This document shows, piece by piece, positions 63,187-64,000 of a stretch of 64,000 nucleotides of DNA. The translations under genes were made by a program, and so were the position numbers. Each line of letters starts with the position of its first letter. Position 1 is the stretch's first letter. Source of the DNA: Marsupella aquatica (lineage: Eukaryota; Plantae; Marchantiophyta); NCBI GenBank assembly GCA_973895155.1, contig OZ316892.1, positions 18,156,357 to 18,220,356 on the forward strand, read 5' to 3'. Under the pieces are notes generated by a model, which did not search any database, was not told the DNA's origin, and saw nothing but the letters and a program-made list of their open reading frames with translations.

Positions 63187-64000
63187 GGGAATCCACCTAG
63201 AACAGCTTCTGCCTGCCATGAAGGACATAATTCTAGGAAAATCATCATTCCTAATAACACCATGCTTATTAATTGTTGAGAGAAGTACAAAATTTTGGGA
63301 AGCAAACAGAACATCACACAACGGCTGCTATTCCTAGAATTGAAGCCTACTATGTACAATGCTTTCTTATTACAATTTTTTGCAAACTGCAAAGAGCTAA
63401 CAGCATGCAATGTACAGTAATTGAAATTTCAATTCAAGGAATGCAAGGTAGAACACTCAATTGAAAAACTAATGACAGTATGCACCTGAACTAAGAGTCG
63501 CCAATTGCACAGAAGAGGCCTCCACTCGAACCACAGGGCTTGAATAAAAATGAAGATCTGCCTGTGAGAATGCTTACAGAATTGTAGCCCCTCTCGAAGT
63601 TCAGTAGTCCTCAATTGTTTTTTTGCAAACTACAAGCTTCTGCTGTGAACATTTCAAATTGAAATAGAGGTGGACTGAATTAGGTCTGACGGTTTGACTG
63701 AGAAGCGACAAGTTTTTTTAAAAGTGACAATGTTTCAATGATCGAGTTGTGCAGCCAAGAAATAGCGGAGCAAAGCTATGGTGACTGACCTCTGCACGGA
63801 CGCAGCGACATGGGCAGCAGGTTGACAACTCCCGAGCTCGCGAGCCCGAGCTATGGCGTCGCCAGGCCTCTCCCTGGTGTCGTGGATGCCGAAGGTGGAG
63901 TCGGGGCCCAAAGGTGGAGTCGGACCAGAAAGCTGGAGTTGGGCCCAAAGGTGGAGTCGTGCCCAAAGGCGTAGGCAGGCCCTGGGTGTATGGAGACCGG

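Larger units (their letters stand above)
59124..64000. mobile_element. PIF/Harbinger DNA transposon (two-gene, apparently intact); boundaries uncertain, right end at or beyond the window edge
   Basis: Convergent Myb/SANT and DDE genes flanked by GC-rich segments. Candidate left end TAA|GAGCAGGGTTCCATGG at 59121-59139. Subterminal-like repeats gggcccaaaggtggagtcg at 63890-63970. Confidence 0.65.

Overview
This is eukaryotic, intron-rich land-plant DNA. Gene and repeat content suggest a bryophyte, probably a liverwort (inference). No prokaryotic operons, CRISPR arrays, tRNA or rRNA genes were seen. Seven host genes were reconstructed by hand from GT-AG sites with consistent intron phase: a SURP + CCCH + C-terminal SRI-like RNA-processing protein, RRP15, a 12-exon ACC-synthase-like PLP enzyme, single-exon TAF8, a DnaJ72-like J protein, a 3x RanBP2 zinc-finger protein and an APY7-like apyrase. 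Mobile DNA includes: (1) an apparently intact two-gene PIF/Harbinger unit (Myb/SANT protein plus DDE transposase, convergent) that runs off the right edge; (2) a young 3.6-kb non-autonomous Ty1/copia-derived LTR element with a 5-bp TSD, a half-tRNA-type primer-binding site and a duplicated 73-nt hairpin module, nested in a probable MITE; (3) LINE, hAT-BED and LRR remnants; and (4) many local tandem duplications, three of which copy a gene's start or stop codon. The best leads are the non-autonomous LTR element, the Harbinger pair (active or domesticated) and the non-canonical motifs of the ACS-like enzyme. I cannot demonstrate a wholly new system from sequence alone.
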